From Brevundimonas sp. (GTDB lineage: Bacteria; Pseudomonadota; Alphaproteobacteria; Caulobacterales; Caulobacteraceae): a DNA stretch of 64,000 nucleotides. Each line of letters opens with the position of its first letter. Positions within the stretch are counted from its first letter, which is position 1. The notes below the pieces were generated by a model. That model ran no database searches. It was not told the origin of the DNA and saw only the letters and a program-made list of their open reading frames with translations. The DNA lies in the NCBI RefSeq assembly GCF_003248455.1, contig NZ_QFNM01000008.1, positions 3,586 through 67,585 of the forward strand, given 5' to 3'. Below are positions 8,902 through 17,801 of the stretch, in pieces. Position numbers and translations under genes: made by a program.

Positions 8902-9092
8902 CAGGCTTCCAACGGGGCCAGTTTTTCAGCGATCCAGTTCTCGACCGCCGCCAGGGACCACAGCGGTTCCGAATAAGCGCTCCAGCGCAGATAGGCTGGA
9001 AACTTTCCTTTCGCGGACATCCGCTCCACTGTGCGGCGCGTCAGGCCGTTCAGACGCCAGGAGAACTTCTCGAAGGGCACCAAGTCGATCAT
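8901..9092 (-). CDS. AlpA/excisionase-family HTH DNA-binding protein
   Basis: 63-aa ORF. LNGLTRRTVERMSAKGKFPAYL ... WSLAAVENWI fits the AlpA/MerR-type excisionase pattern. ATGA overlap with the upstream gene. Confidence 0.6.
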   Translation of the reverse strand: MIDLVPFEKFSWRLNGLTRRTVERMSAKGKFPAYLRWSAYSEPLWSLAAVENWIAEKLAPLEA

Positions 9093-9415
9093 GCCGAGCC
9101 TCCGTTCGAAGCGGCGAGACGGGTCGCGGCTTGTCCATCCCCGACCTTCCCGTGGATGAGACGCGCGGGTTTGGCGTCCAATTCTTTGGTGGGTGCGTGG
9201 AAATAGTAGGGCCGGTCGGTGCGCAGCCGATCCAGCCAGTCTCCAACCTCCTCACCTGACAGCGTTTCGACTTCACCGGCTTTGGTGAAGCGGAAGTAAG
9301 GCAGGGCACGGTTGGTGGCATCGGTCAGTGCCTCGATGCGGAGGCCGGCCCCGCTGGCGGCGACCGCCAGGGCGGCCATGACGGCGTAAAAGATTGCGGG
9401 CGCGGGTGCGCTCAT
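9089..9415 (-). CDS. Hypothetical protein with an N-terminal hydrophobic segment
   Basis: 108-aa ORF, the first gene of the 9415->5252 gene string. Confidence 0.45.
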   Translation of the reverse strand: MSAPAPAIFYAVMAALAVAASGAGLRIEALTDATNRALPYFRFTKAGEVETLSGEEVGDWLDRLRTDRPYYFHAPTKELDAKPARLIHGKVGDGQAATRLAASNGGSA

Positions 9416-9648
9416 CCTGTTGGCTCCAAGGATCGATTTGTATGGGAGTGGGAAGTGTCAGAACGACGAGACATCCTGATCGGTCGAGATTGGCGACACC
9501 GGCCCCGCCGGCATCACTGGATTAACTCGAGTATGGGTCCTGTATGCTTGCGAAAGGCAGCCATGTCAAGAAAAAGGGTTGACCTTTCTTAAAAACTGTG
9601 AGTCGCCCGCTATGGGTGGCTGTCCAGAATCAGGCTGGGCCTACCGAT

Positions 9649-9770
9649 CTAGGCGTTCACGATCATCAGATCGGACAGCCGTGTCGTGTATCTAGCCGAT
9701 CGATTGTTCGCCCGCGTGCTTCACCGAGCCGCGACACGGATGCCGCCGGGTCGGATGTCAAGCTGGCGAA
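9649..9770 (-). pseudogene. Truncated 3'-terminal remnant of a second umuC-like gene
   Basis: The minus-strand translation reads ...RPGGIRVAAR*STRANNRSARYTTRLSDLMIVNA*. The intact UmuC C-terminus reads RPGGLPKVTAWSTRANNRSPRYTTRLSDLMEVRA*. An in-frame TGA replaces the Trp. Similarity fades upstream of ~9770 and another stop follows. Confidence 0.7.
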
Positions 9771-9848
9771 CATGACGGCCAACTGCTCGTCTATGCGGGA
9801 GCGTTCGCAGCCGCTATTCCTGATGGAACAATCTACTGGTGGTTATAG

Positions 9849-11696
9849 ATGGCGAACGACGGCGACAGCGGGCGATATTCTGATCTCTCCCATGCCCAGC
9901 TTGTGTCGCTGCTTGAAAAGCGGGACCGGAACAAGAAGCTAGGGTTGGTTTGGGAGCGCGACGAGATCGAATCGGATCGCGCGCTTGAAGCCGAGTTCGT
10001 GGCCGGGGATTTGATCACAGACCTTTCCGACCCTGCCGACGGTCGTGTCGGCTGGGCGAACATGGTCATTGAGGGCGATAACTTCGACACCCTACGCTGG
10101 CTGCGGATGACGATGAGCGGCCGCATCAAGTGCATCTACGTTGACCCGCCCTACAACACCGGCGCGCGCGACTGGGTCTATAACGACCACTACATCAGCA
10201 AGGACGACCGGTGGCGCCATTCGACCTGGCTTGAGTTTCTCTATCGGCGCTTCTCGCTCGCTCGCGATCTGCTGACCGAGGACGGCGTCATCCTTGTGTC
10301 GATCAACGACGAGAACCGGGCACGTCTCGAACTGATGTTAGACGAAGTGCTGCCGGGAATGCGGATCGGCAGCCTGGCTTGGCGCACTAGATCAGGCGCC
10401 AACGAGGGCAGAGAAGCCTTCTTCTCGGATAACCACGAGCATATTCTCGTTTACGCCAAGCCGGGATTTCGGTTCGGCGGCACGGTGAAATCGCTCAGCA
10501 TGTATGGAAATCCCGACCAAGATCCCCGAGGCGATTGGACCAGCGGCGATCTAACGGTGAACGTCTCCTACACCGACAAGCGCGCCGGTAAGGGCTATTA
10601 CCCACTCTATGATCCGGCGACGGATACCTACTACCCCTGCAACCCAGATGCGGTTTGGCGATACGCCTCGCGGGCAGCCTCGGGCGACAGTGCCCGGATC
10701 AAAACGCGCTTTATGGAAGACTGGATTGCTGACAAGCGGATCGCTTTCCCTCGGGATCAAGTCGTTCGTATCTACGAAACGCCCGACGCGCTCGCCAAAG
10801 CGCTTGAGTCCGGCGACGTTCCCAAAAGCGGCCGATCGCCCTTGTTGCGCGCTGACCTGCCGGACATTAATTTCTGGGTGGGCAAGCGCGTCGGGTTCGG
10901 AACGCCCCGGTTTAAGCGCCTGCTTTCTGAGTTAAAGAGGCCTACTCAGCCCCTTTCGTCCTGGGTCACGCCCAAGAACGAAATCAAAACGAAAGCTGCC
11001 GAAGACAACAGTGTCGTCGCCGGCACTAACGATGAGGCTGCCAAGGCGATCAAAGCGATCTTCGGGGAGAAAGCCTTCAACTACGCCAAACCCCCCTCTT
11101 TGATCCAAGGGTTGCTCGAGCAGGCTACATCTTCTGGCGATATCGTGCTGGATTTCTTCGCCGGAAGCGCGACCACCGCGCAAGCTGTCATGACGCTCAA
11201 TGCGGAAGATGGCGGGGATCGGCGCTTCATTATGGCCTCTTCGACTGAGAGCACCGAGGACGAACCAGAAAAGAACGTGGCGCGGCAAGTCACAGCTGAG
11301 CGGGTTAGGAAACTGAACGCTTCCAATGATGTCGCCTTTGCGAACCTCAACGCGCCTTTCGCTTATGTCCGAATGGCGACCATGGCGTTCGAGGACATCG
11401 ACTACGATCTATCGCCCGCTCAGGCATGGACGGCGCTCGAAGCCTTGCACGACCTACCGTTGACGCCGTTCAGAGACGGCGCTTCGTGGTTCATCCACGA
11501 AGGCGAAGAGGTCGTGCTCATCTTGGTGGACCGGGTGGATGACGCTTTGAAGGTCACGCTGCGTGACCTAGCCTCGCGTCGTGCAAATGCCTTCGTCTAT
11601 GCCTGGGCACCCGGCCAGATCACGGCCGCGATGGGGGACAATGACATCGAGGTTCGGGCAGTGCGGGATACATTGGTAGGGCGCTTCCGCCCATGA
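9849..11696 (+). CDS. mod: Type III restriction-modification DNA methyltransferase (Mod; beta-class N6A/N4C)
   Basis: 615-aa ORF. Motif IV IYVDPPYNTG precedes motif I LDFFAGSATTAQAV. ATGA overlap with the downstream Res gene. Confidence 0.85.
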   Translation: MANDGDSGRYSDLSHAQLVSLLEKRDRNKKLGLVWERDEIESDRALEAEFVAGDLITDLSDPADGRVGWANMVIEGDNFDTLRWLRMTMSGRIKCIYVDPPYNTGARDWVYNDHYISKDDRWRHSTWLEFLYRRFSLARDLLTEDGVILVSINDENRARLELMLDEVLPGMRIGSLAWRTRSGANEGREAFFSDNHEHILVYAKPGFRFGGTVKSLSMYGNPDQDPRGDWTSGDLTVNVSYTDKRAGKGYYPLYDPATDTYYPCNPDAVWRYASRAASGDSARIKTRFMEDWIADKRIAFPRDQVVRIYETPDALAKALESGDVPKSGRSPLLRADLPDINFWVGKRVGFGTPRFKRLLSELKRPTQPLSSWVTPKNEIKTKAAEDNSVVAGTNDEAAKAIKAIFGEKAFNYAKPPSLIQGLLEQATSSGDIVLDFFAGSATTAQAVMTLNAEDGGDRRFIMASSTESTEDEPEKNVARQVTAERVRKLNASNDVAFANLNAPFAYVRMATMAFEDIDYDLSPAQAWTALEALHDLPLTPFRDGASWFIHEGEEVVLILVDRVDDALKVTLRDLASRRANAFVYAWAPGQITAAMGDNDIEVRAVRDTLVGRFRP

Positions 11697-14242
11697 CCGA
11701 CGTGGTCCACGGTCTTGTTGCTTTGGCCGACTATCAACGCGATGCGGTTGCCGCGATCCGCGATTCCATCGTGGCCGCATCGACCTATCAGCACGTCAAT
11801 CCCGGCCTGCGGCAGGAAGTAGCGCGGAGCGTCGGCGCCACGTTGCTTCAGGCGCCCACAGGTTCCGGCAAGACCCTCATGCTCGGCCGGGGGTTGGAAG
11901 CCGTTCGCGGCAAGACGGGGGCGCCATGCGTCTGGTTCTGGTTCGCGCCATTCAGTGGCCTCGTGGCCCAAACTCGGTCTGCCTTGGCTGACCAATGCCC
12001 ATCTCTGCGGCTGCGGGACATCTCTAAGGATCGAAGCGCTCTTATGGCGCGCGATGGCGACGTCTTCGTTCAGACCTGGGCTCTGGTTGCCACCACCCGC
12101 AAGGACGCCCGCAAAGTTCGCACGCGGGGCGAAGATGCGCCGGCCCTGGACGACATGCTGGCGGACCTGCGTGATCGCGGCGTTCGTATCGGCGTGGTGA
12201 TAGACGAGGCTCACCTCAACTTCGGTGCCTCGGCCAAGGCAGCGGCATCCTTCTATCTCGATGTCATGCGCCCCGACTTCACCCTGTTGGCCTCAGCCAC
12301 GCCCAACGACGAGAAGCTGATCGAGTTCGAGACGCGCGCGGGCGTGACGGTGGAGAACCGGATCATCGTTTCGCGTGACCAAGTCGTGAAAGCCGGCCTC
12401 AACAAGGTCGGGCTCACGCTCGGTGTCGTTCGGCTTGAAGGTCAGGACGCAGCCCTCATCGACACCGAGCAGGCCGCGCTGACGGTAGCGTGGCGTAAGC
12501 ACCAAGAGATCAAAGCGCGTCTTGTCGAAAAGGGCATCGCCGTCACGCCGTTGATGCTGGTCCAAGTCGAGGATCAGGGCGACGGAAAGGCCGATCCAGT
12601 GACCCGCGTGCGCGACAAGCTGAAGGATATAGGTATACCGGAATCGGTAATCGCCACGCACACTAGCGGCGAACCGGACCCGGACTTTCATACCCTCGCC
12701 TACGATCCGTCCCGCGAAGTTCTCGTTTTTAAGGTAGCGGTCGCCACCGGATTCGACGCGCCACGGGCGTGGACGCTGGTGTCCGTTCGCCCGACACGGG
12801 GGTCTTCCTTCGGCCTTCAAATCGTCGGCCGGATCATGCGCGTGCATCCGCAAGTGCGACCCATCCACGGCTCGGATACCTTGCTGGATCGCGGATGGGT
12901 CTTTTTGACCGACCCGGAATTACAAGCTGGGCTCGACGCCGCCGCGAACGAGCTGAAGGCGGTCCGCAGCTCGATTGCGACCGTCGCCAGCGAACTCCAG
13001 GTTCTCGAATTTACCAGCGCGGGAACAGCGGCTCTCGAAGCGCGGCGCGCGGCGCTTCCCCACGCTCCTGCGATGCCCCGCGACGAAGCCGACCGGCAGA
13101 TGCGCCTCGACAACCTGATCGCCGGGGGATTTGTCGATCACTCGGTAAAGGGGGCGGCGCCAGATGTTCAAGACAAGATCGTGGTCCAGGCCGAGTGGAC
13201 CCGCTCGCTAGGCTCGACCCCGCTCTTTGGCGACGATCTGCCCGAGCAGCCTCATGGCGGCGAAACCAACCCGACCGTTCCGCCTCGAGCGAAGGTCTAT
13301 CGGGTCCTCGCCGAGCGGGGTGTGCCCGCCCGTCTTCTACGTGAGCGAATACCGGCGCCGGAGCAGTTGGACGGCGAAATTGTGCGCGCAGCCGCCAGGG
13401 CCGTCTTTGCCATGCACGAGACGCCCCTCGACTATCTGCGCAAGACACTGGGCAAGGCTAATGTCAGCTTGCGTGACCTGTTCATCGAGGAGGAGGGGTC
13501 CGAAAGCGTCGTCAACGTGCGCATGTCGGAAACTCGTATCAGCGAGGCGGCCCAGCGCAGTTTCGAGTTCAACGAGGCGATCAGCGCGCGTGCGCTGAAA
13601 CAGGCGTTGATGTCGGAATTTATCCGGGTCTGTAATGACGAAGGAGTGGATGCGACCGACGTCGTTCCCTTGCGCCGAGCGCTCGACCTGTTCGCACTCA
13701 GCCGGCCGAATGCGCTGCCGGATGCGCTAAAACAGGCCATCTCGCCGGTCGTAGAACTGGCGGACGAAATTCCACCGCTGGTCATCTCCGGTGGCGTCGA
13801 GGCTCGCCGGTCGCGGTTAGGTGCCTACGAGGTCTTCCCGACGAACATGAATGAGAACGAGCGCCGGTTCGCCGAACTGCTCGATAGTGATGAAAGCGGC
13901 CAGGTGAAGTGGTGGCTTCGGCTCCAAGAGAACTCGAACTGGGCCGTGACGCTGATGCTGCCGAGCGGCAAACGGTTCTTCCCCGACTTCGCGGTCGGCG
14001 TGGTGGGCCGGCGGAGCCAAGACGCCATTGCGCTCATCGAGACCAAGGATGACGGCGTAACGGGCCGGCTTCACTCGGACGCCAACCGCGAGAAGATCGT
14101 GGCGTCGCATCAGGAATATCGAAACGTCCGCTGGACCTATCAGGGCGAGCGCGGTTGGACCGAGCTTCACTACAACGGCGCCCTTGATCAAATTCAGCCG
14201 TTGCGTCCATTTTCGATCGATCATCTAGCTAAGCTTGCGTAA
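11693..14242 (+). CDS. res: Type III restriction enzyme Res subunit (SF2 helicase + PD-(D/E)xK endonuclease)
   Basis: 849-aa ORF. Walker A LQAPTGSGKT, DEAH box VIDEAH, SAT motif, motif VI QIVGRIMR. C-terminal nuclease core FFPDFAV...ALIETKDD. Confidence 0.85.
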   Translation: MTDVVHGLVALADYQRDAVAAIRDSIVAASTYQHVNPGLRQEVARSVGATLLQAPTGSGKTLMLGRGLEAVRGKTGAPCVWFWFAPFSGLVAQTRSALADQCPSLRLRDISKDRSALMARDGDVFVQTWALVATTRKDARKVRTRGEDAPALDDMLADLRDRGVRIGVVIDEAHLNFGASAKAAASFYLDVMRPDFTLLASATPNDEKLIEFETRAGVTVENRIIVSRDQVVKAGLNKVGLTLGVVRLEGQDAALIDTEQAALTVAWRKHQEIKARLVEKGIAVTPLMLVQVEDQGDGKADPVTRVRDKLKDIGIPESVIATHTSGEPDPDFHTLAYDPSREVLVFKVAVATGFDAPRAWTLVSVRPTRGSSFGLQIVGRIMRVHPQVRPIHGSDTLLDRGWVFLTDPELQAGLDAAANELKAVRSSIATVASELQVLEFTSAGTAALEARRAALPHAPAMPRDEADRQMRLDNLIAGGFVDHSVKGAAPDVQDKIVVQAEWTRSLGSTPLFGDDLPEQPHGGETNPTVPPRAKVYRVLAERGVPARLLRERIPAPEQLDGEIVRAAARAVFAMHETPLDYLRKTLGKANVSLRDLFIEEEGSESVVNVRMSETRISEAAQRSFEFNEAISARALKQALMSEFIRVCNDEGVDATDVVPLRRALDLFALSRPNALPDALKQAISPVVELADEIPPLVISGGVEARRSRLGAYEVFPTNMNENERRFAELLDSDESGQVKWWLRLQENSNWAVTLMLPSGKRFFPDFAVGVVGRRSQDAIALIETKDDGVTGRLHSDANREKIVASHQEYRNVRWTYQGERGWTELHYNGALDQIQPLRPFSIDHLAKLA

Positions 14243-14696
14243 CGGCTGTGCCTGCCAACATGCGAGCGGTCCTGTGCATGAAACCGGAATGCCGACCGGC
14301 GCCGGCCGCGTTCCCCAACTCGGCGGGCTGTCCATCTCTCACCGCGTTCTCGCCCGAAGGGCGGAAGGGGCTGGCTGAGCTTCAGGCGATTTTCTTAAAA
14401 ATCCCACCAGCCCCGGAAAGGGAGACGAGACCGGGCCGACAAGCTGTTGAGCAGACGGTCATCGGTAGCCGAAGAGGGAGGGGGTGATCGCTGACCATCT
14501 GGGGCCTAGCGAGTGAAGCCGGACCATGCCTGACAGATCGGCGGCCCTCAAGAAACGCGACATATGTCATTGGGGGTGTGGAAAATTATTTGGCCAACAG
14601 ATTTGGCTCGGTTAAGCGGCTCTGACCATTGACAGAAAACAACAATCACTAGCCAAAAGTTCGCCTCTAGATTGATGGCTGCGATGTGAGGGCTAA

Positions 14697-14972
14697 ATGA
14701 CTATGGCGATCGATGCTGCGAAAGTGGGTTCGGACCTGCGGGTAGCTTACAACAGCAAGGACAGCGCCCGCGTGCATGAGATTATCCGCCGGGCAGACGC
14801 CGCGATCGAAGCCGCAGGTGTGAGCGCTTCGGTGAAGGCTGGCTACTGGATGTCCGTCCGGCGCGAGTTTAACACCGGTCAACGGCTCGTTGAGAAGCAA
14901 GAAAACAGTGCGCTCATGGCGCTGATGCGTCAGATCGAAGCCGCGTTGGCCGATCGCGCATCGGAGGGCTAA
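14697..14972 (+). CDS. Hypothetical small protein
   Basis: 91-aa ORF, 5 nt upstream of the next ORF. No motif recognised. Confidence 0.4.
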   Translation: MTMAIDAAKVGSDLRVAYNSKDSARVHEIIRRADAAIEAAGVSASVKAGYWMSVRREFNTGQRLVEKQENSALMALMRQIEAALADRASEG

Positions 14973-14977
14973 CCGTC

Positions 14978-15445
14978 ATGCTCGATCCGATGTCGATCGC
15001 TAAGGCGGCAGCAGACGCAGCAGACAGGTCTGCGGCAGCCTCTGTCGTTTCGAGCGGCACCGCTGTGTTGGCGTTGCTTGTTTCTATCGGTGCTGGGTTG
15101 CTGCTTTGGGAACAGTTGAAAAGTGCGCGATGGCTCGCGCTCTTGTCGTTTGAACAAAGCATGCACGATCGCGCTCAGGCGTTTACGGTCATCGCTCAGC
15201 AACTTGCCGGCGGAAGCGCGCCAGCCGGCACTCAGGCAATCTATGATGCAGCGAAAGAAGCCTATTTCAACTCTGTCGATCGATTGGCATCGTCAATTTT
15301 GAACGGCCAGTTTCCTGAGAAGGAGATGAGGCAAGACTACCGGGACTACATCCAGAACATCGTTCGGGCGCACCCCAACGATTTCAACACGGGCACGTCC
15401 TACAGGAAGGTAGTTCGGCTTCATCAGAAGTGGCAAGATCAGTAA
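14978..15445 (+). CDS. Hypothetical single-pass membrane protein
   Basis: 155-aa ORF with one TM helix (AVLALLVSIGAGLLLW) and a helical C-terminal domain. Confidence 0.5.
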   Translation: MLDPMSIAKAAADAADRSAAASVVSSGTAVLALLVSIGAGLLLWEQLKSARWLALLSFEQSMHDRAQAFTVIAQQLAGGSAPAGTQAIYDAAKEAYFNSVDRLASSILNGQFPEKEMRQDYRDYIQNIVRAHPNDFNTGTSYRKVVRLHQKWQDQ

Positions 15446-15454
15446 CCGCTACTG

Positions 15455-16702
15455 CTAGGCTCGAACTTCCATCAGATCGCTCAGCCGGGTGGTGTAGCGC
15501 GGCGATCGGTTGTTGGCCCGCGTGCTCCATGCGGTGACCTTCGGCAGGCCGCCTGGGCGAACCGTCCCGCGTCCGAACCGCGCGTTCAGCGTGTCCAGCG
15601 CGGTCATCAGCTTCTCGGACTTCACCGGATCAACGGTCGGCAGAAGATCGCGAGGCGCCTCGGATGCCAGCACCAGGTCGGGCAGGATCACGCCGGCTTT
15701 TGCGTAGCGCAGCCCAGGCCGCCACATCGATCGGCCGGCGTTGATCGTGTGGCGGATCAGGGCGCGGCTGTCGGCCGTGGGCTCGATTTCGAAGGATCGC
15801 TGGGCGTTGTAGAATGGCTCGGGCGCATGCGGGCTGGTGTGGAAGAAGACCTGAAGCGCAGTTGCCTCCAGCCCGTGCTGGCGGGCCTTCTCGGCGGCTC
15901 GGCTGGAATACGCGGTCAGCGCCTCTCGCATGTCGTCCCAGGTCTCGACGGGACGCCCGAACATCCGGGTCACGCTGATTGTCTTTCGTTGGCCGGGCGC
16001 CAGGGTGAGGGGCATGCACGACACGCCGTTCAGTTCGGCATGGGTGCGCTGGCCTGTGACGGTCATCAGCTTGCGCACCGAGGCGGAGGGCAGGGCGGCG
16101 AACTGGGCAACGGTATGAATGCCGAGGTTGTTCAGTTTGGTTTGGCTGGCGCCGCCGACGCCCCAAATCTCGTCGATCGGCATGTCGTCGAAGGCCTTGC
16201 GCCGCAGGGCGTCGTCGGAGAAGTCAGCCACGCCGCCCAAGGCGGTGGTGGTTTTGGCGTATTTGTTGCCCAGCTTCGCCAGAGTCTTTGTCGGACCGAT
16301 GCCGATGCACGTCGGGATCTTGGTGATCTGCCGGACCTGATCTCGCACCCGGCGGCAGTAATCGACGCGGCCGAAGGCCGTGAGGTCCAGGAACATCTCG
16401 TCGATCGAATAGGGCTCCACGCGCCGGAAGTGGGCGCTCAGCACCTCGAACACCCGGCGGCTCATGTCGCCGTAGAGGGCATAGTTGCTCGATTTTGCGA
16501 TGACGCTGCGGAACTCAGGCCGGCGCTTCGACAGGTGCCAGACCTCGCCCATCTTGATCCCCAGCGCTTTGGCCTCCGGCGATCTGGCGATGGCGCACCC
16601 GTCGTTGTTCGACAGCACGATCACCGGCTTGCCGACCAGGGTCGGGTCGAAGGCCCGCTCGCACGAGACGTAGAAGTTGTTGCCGTCGATCAAACCGAAC
16701 AT
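15455..16702 (-). CDS. umuC: Y-family translesion DNA polymerase, UmuC-like
   Basis: MFGLIDGNNFYVSCERAFDP...VIVLSNNDGCAIARSPEAKALGIKMG is the canonical UmuC N-terminus. Start chosen at this Met (16702), which overlaps the umuD-like stop (ATGA). The ORF is open to 16795. Confidence 0.9.
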   Translation of the reverse strand: MFGLIDGNNFYVSCERAFDPTLVGKPVIVLSNNDGCAIARSPEAKALGIKMGEVWHLSKRRPEFRSVIAKSSNYALYGDMSRRVFEVLSAHFRRVEPYSIDEMFLDLTAFGRVDYCRRVRDQVRQITKIPTCIGIGPTKTLAKLGNKYAKTTTALGGVADFSDDALRRKAFDDMPIDEIWGVGGASQTKLNNLGIHTVAQFAALPSASVRKLMTVTGQRTHAELNGVSCMPLTLAPGQRKTISVTRMFGRPVETWDDMREALTAYSSRAAEKARQHGLEATALQVFFHTSPHAPEPFYNAQRSFEIEPTADSRALIRHTINAGRSMWRPGLRYAKAGVILPDLVLASEAPRDLLPTVDPVKSEKLMTALDTLNARFGRGTVRPGGLPKVTAWSTRANNRSPRYTTRLSDLMEVRA

Positions 16703-17076
16703 CACACGTCGGTCCTGACTAGGGCGGCGATCATGGCCCAAACCTCGGTCTCTTCGGTCATCGGCTGGGCGGGCTGGTTCGCCGGCTCCAGCCACCAGGT
16801 GCCGTCTTTCTCGGTCAGGACGGCCAGGACGACATCGCCGTGAAGGAAGGCGACGCAGACCTTTCCGGTTCGGGGCTCGCCGGCGGTGTTCACGACCAGA
16901 ATGTCGCCCGAATGGATGCCGCGCGACTTCAGTCCGTTACCCTTGACGCGGACGGCGTAACGTTGAGGTCGGCGCAGTTCCAGCAGGTCGGCCAGGTCCG
17001 GCACGGCCTCGACATGATCCTCCGCCGGCGACTGGAAGCCGGTGGTGTCGTCGCCCTGATATGCCCTCACGCCCAT
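16702..17076 (-). CDS. UmuD-like S24-fold protein lacking the Ser/Lys catalytic dyad
   Basis: It aligns with E. coli UmuD from GFPSPAADY (here GFQSPAEDH) onward. GDSM is replaced by GNGL, and TVKKL by VLAVL. Start at MGVRAY (17076) is preferred; the ORF is open to 17142. Confidence 0.75.
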   Translation of the reverse strand: MGVRAYQGDDTTGFQSPAEDHVEAVPDLADLLELRRPQRYAVRVKGNGLKSRGIHSGDILVVNTAGEPRTGKVCVAFLHGDVVLAVLTEKDGTWWLEPANQPAQPMTEETEVWAMIAALVRTDV

Positions 17077-17090
17077 CCGTCCAGCGATGA

Positions 17091-17105
17091 GCACAAAAAG
17101 AGAAC
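17091..17105. promoter_or_regulatory. Possible degenerate alphaproteobacterial LexA (SOS) box upstream of the umuD-like gene
   Basis: GCAC-N7-GAAC (GCACAAAAAGAGAAC) has one mismatch to GAAC-N7-GAAC. It lies 15-29 nt upstream of the preferred start. Confidence 0.3.
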
Positions 17106-17171
17106 ATGGCAAGCGGACATGCAAACGACCCCCGTTATGCACAGGGGCCGCTCGTCCGGCTTTGACGTGGG

Positions 17172-17729
17172 TCAGATTGCGGGTAACTGCTGCCCGCAGG
17201 CCTGGTAAACGCTTGCTATGGCGCGCGCGGCACCTACGCCAGAAAACGTGACCGTATCAACAGGTGCTGCTCCATCGACCCCGGCGATGCGCAGGGCTAT
17301 CCGGTTGGCGCGCCTGGCTTGAGCTACAAAGGCGGCGACTTCATCAGGATGGAAAAGCCCTACGACCGATGATGTGGTTACCCAATGCGGCGTGGTGGGC
17401 TCAGCGCTATCGAAGCGTTGGATGACCGTAGTTTTGCTGCGGGTCATGCCGCGAGGCGTGGCAAGGGAAACATACACTTCGCGAGTGGCATAGTCGCATT
17501 TCACCATCAGCATGTAGCGCGAGTTGCCGTGCAATCGGCCGGAGTTTAAGGCCTCTTCACCGCTGATACTTCGGGTGATTTCCTCCCGGCTTTCAATCGA
17601 TGCGGCACCGCGACGTGCATCAGTTATTGGATCGACCGCCGAGCGAAAAGACCAAGTGGACGTTTGTGCATTGGACGCACCCGCCGACATTGTAAGTGCC
17701 AAAGCCGCAGTGGCGATTAGTCGAAGCAT
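17172..17729 (-). CDS. Hypothetical secreted protein
   Basis: 185-aa ORF with the signal peptide MLRLIATAALALTMSAGASNAQ. Confidence 0.6.
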   Translation of the reverse strand: MLRLIATAALALTMSAGASNAQTSTWSFRSAVDPITDARRGAASIESREEITRSISGEEALNSGRLHGNSRYMLMVKCDYATREVYVSLATPRGMTRSKTTVIQRFDSAEPTTPHWVTTSSVVGLFHPDEVAAFVAQARRANRIALRIAGVDGAAPVDTVTFSGVGAARAIASVYQACGQQLPAI

Positions 17730-17801
17730 CTAAGAGGTCTCTCCCGTGGGGCGTCGAAAGGACAGCAGTGCTATGGCCGCGTCAATATATGTTCTCGCGG
17801 C

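Noticed and set aside
14248-14570. A 79-aa plus-strand ORF and a 62-aa minus-strand ORF in the spacer after res.
   Set aside because: Neither has an RBS or motifs. Both have Pro/Arg/Gly-rich composition and they overlap each other. The region is treated as non-coding or decayed.
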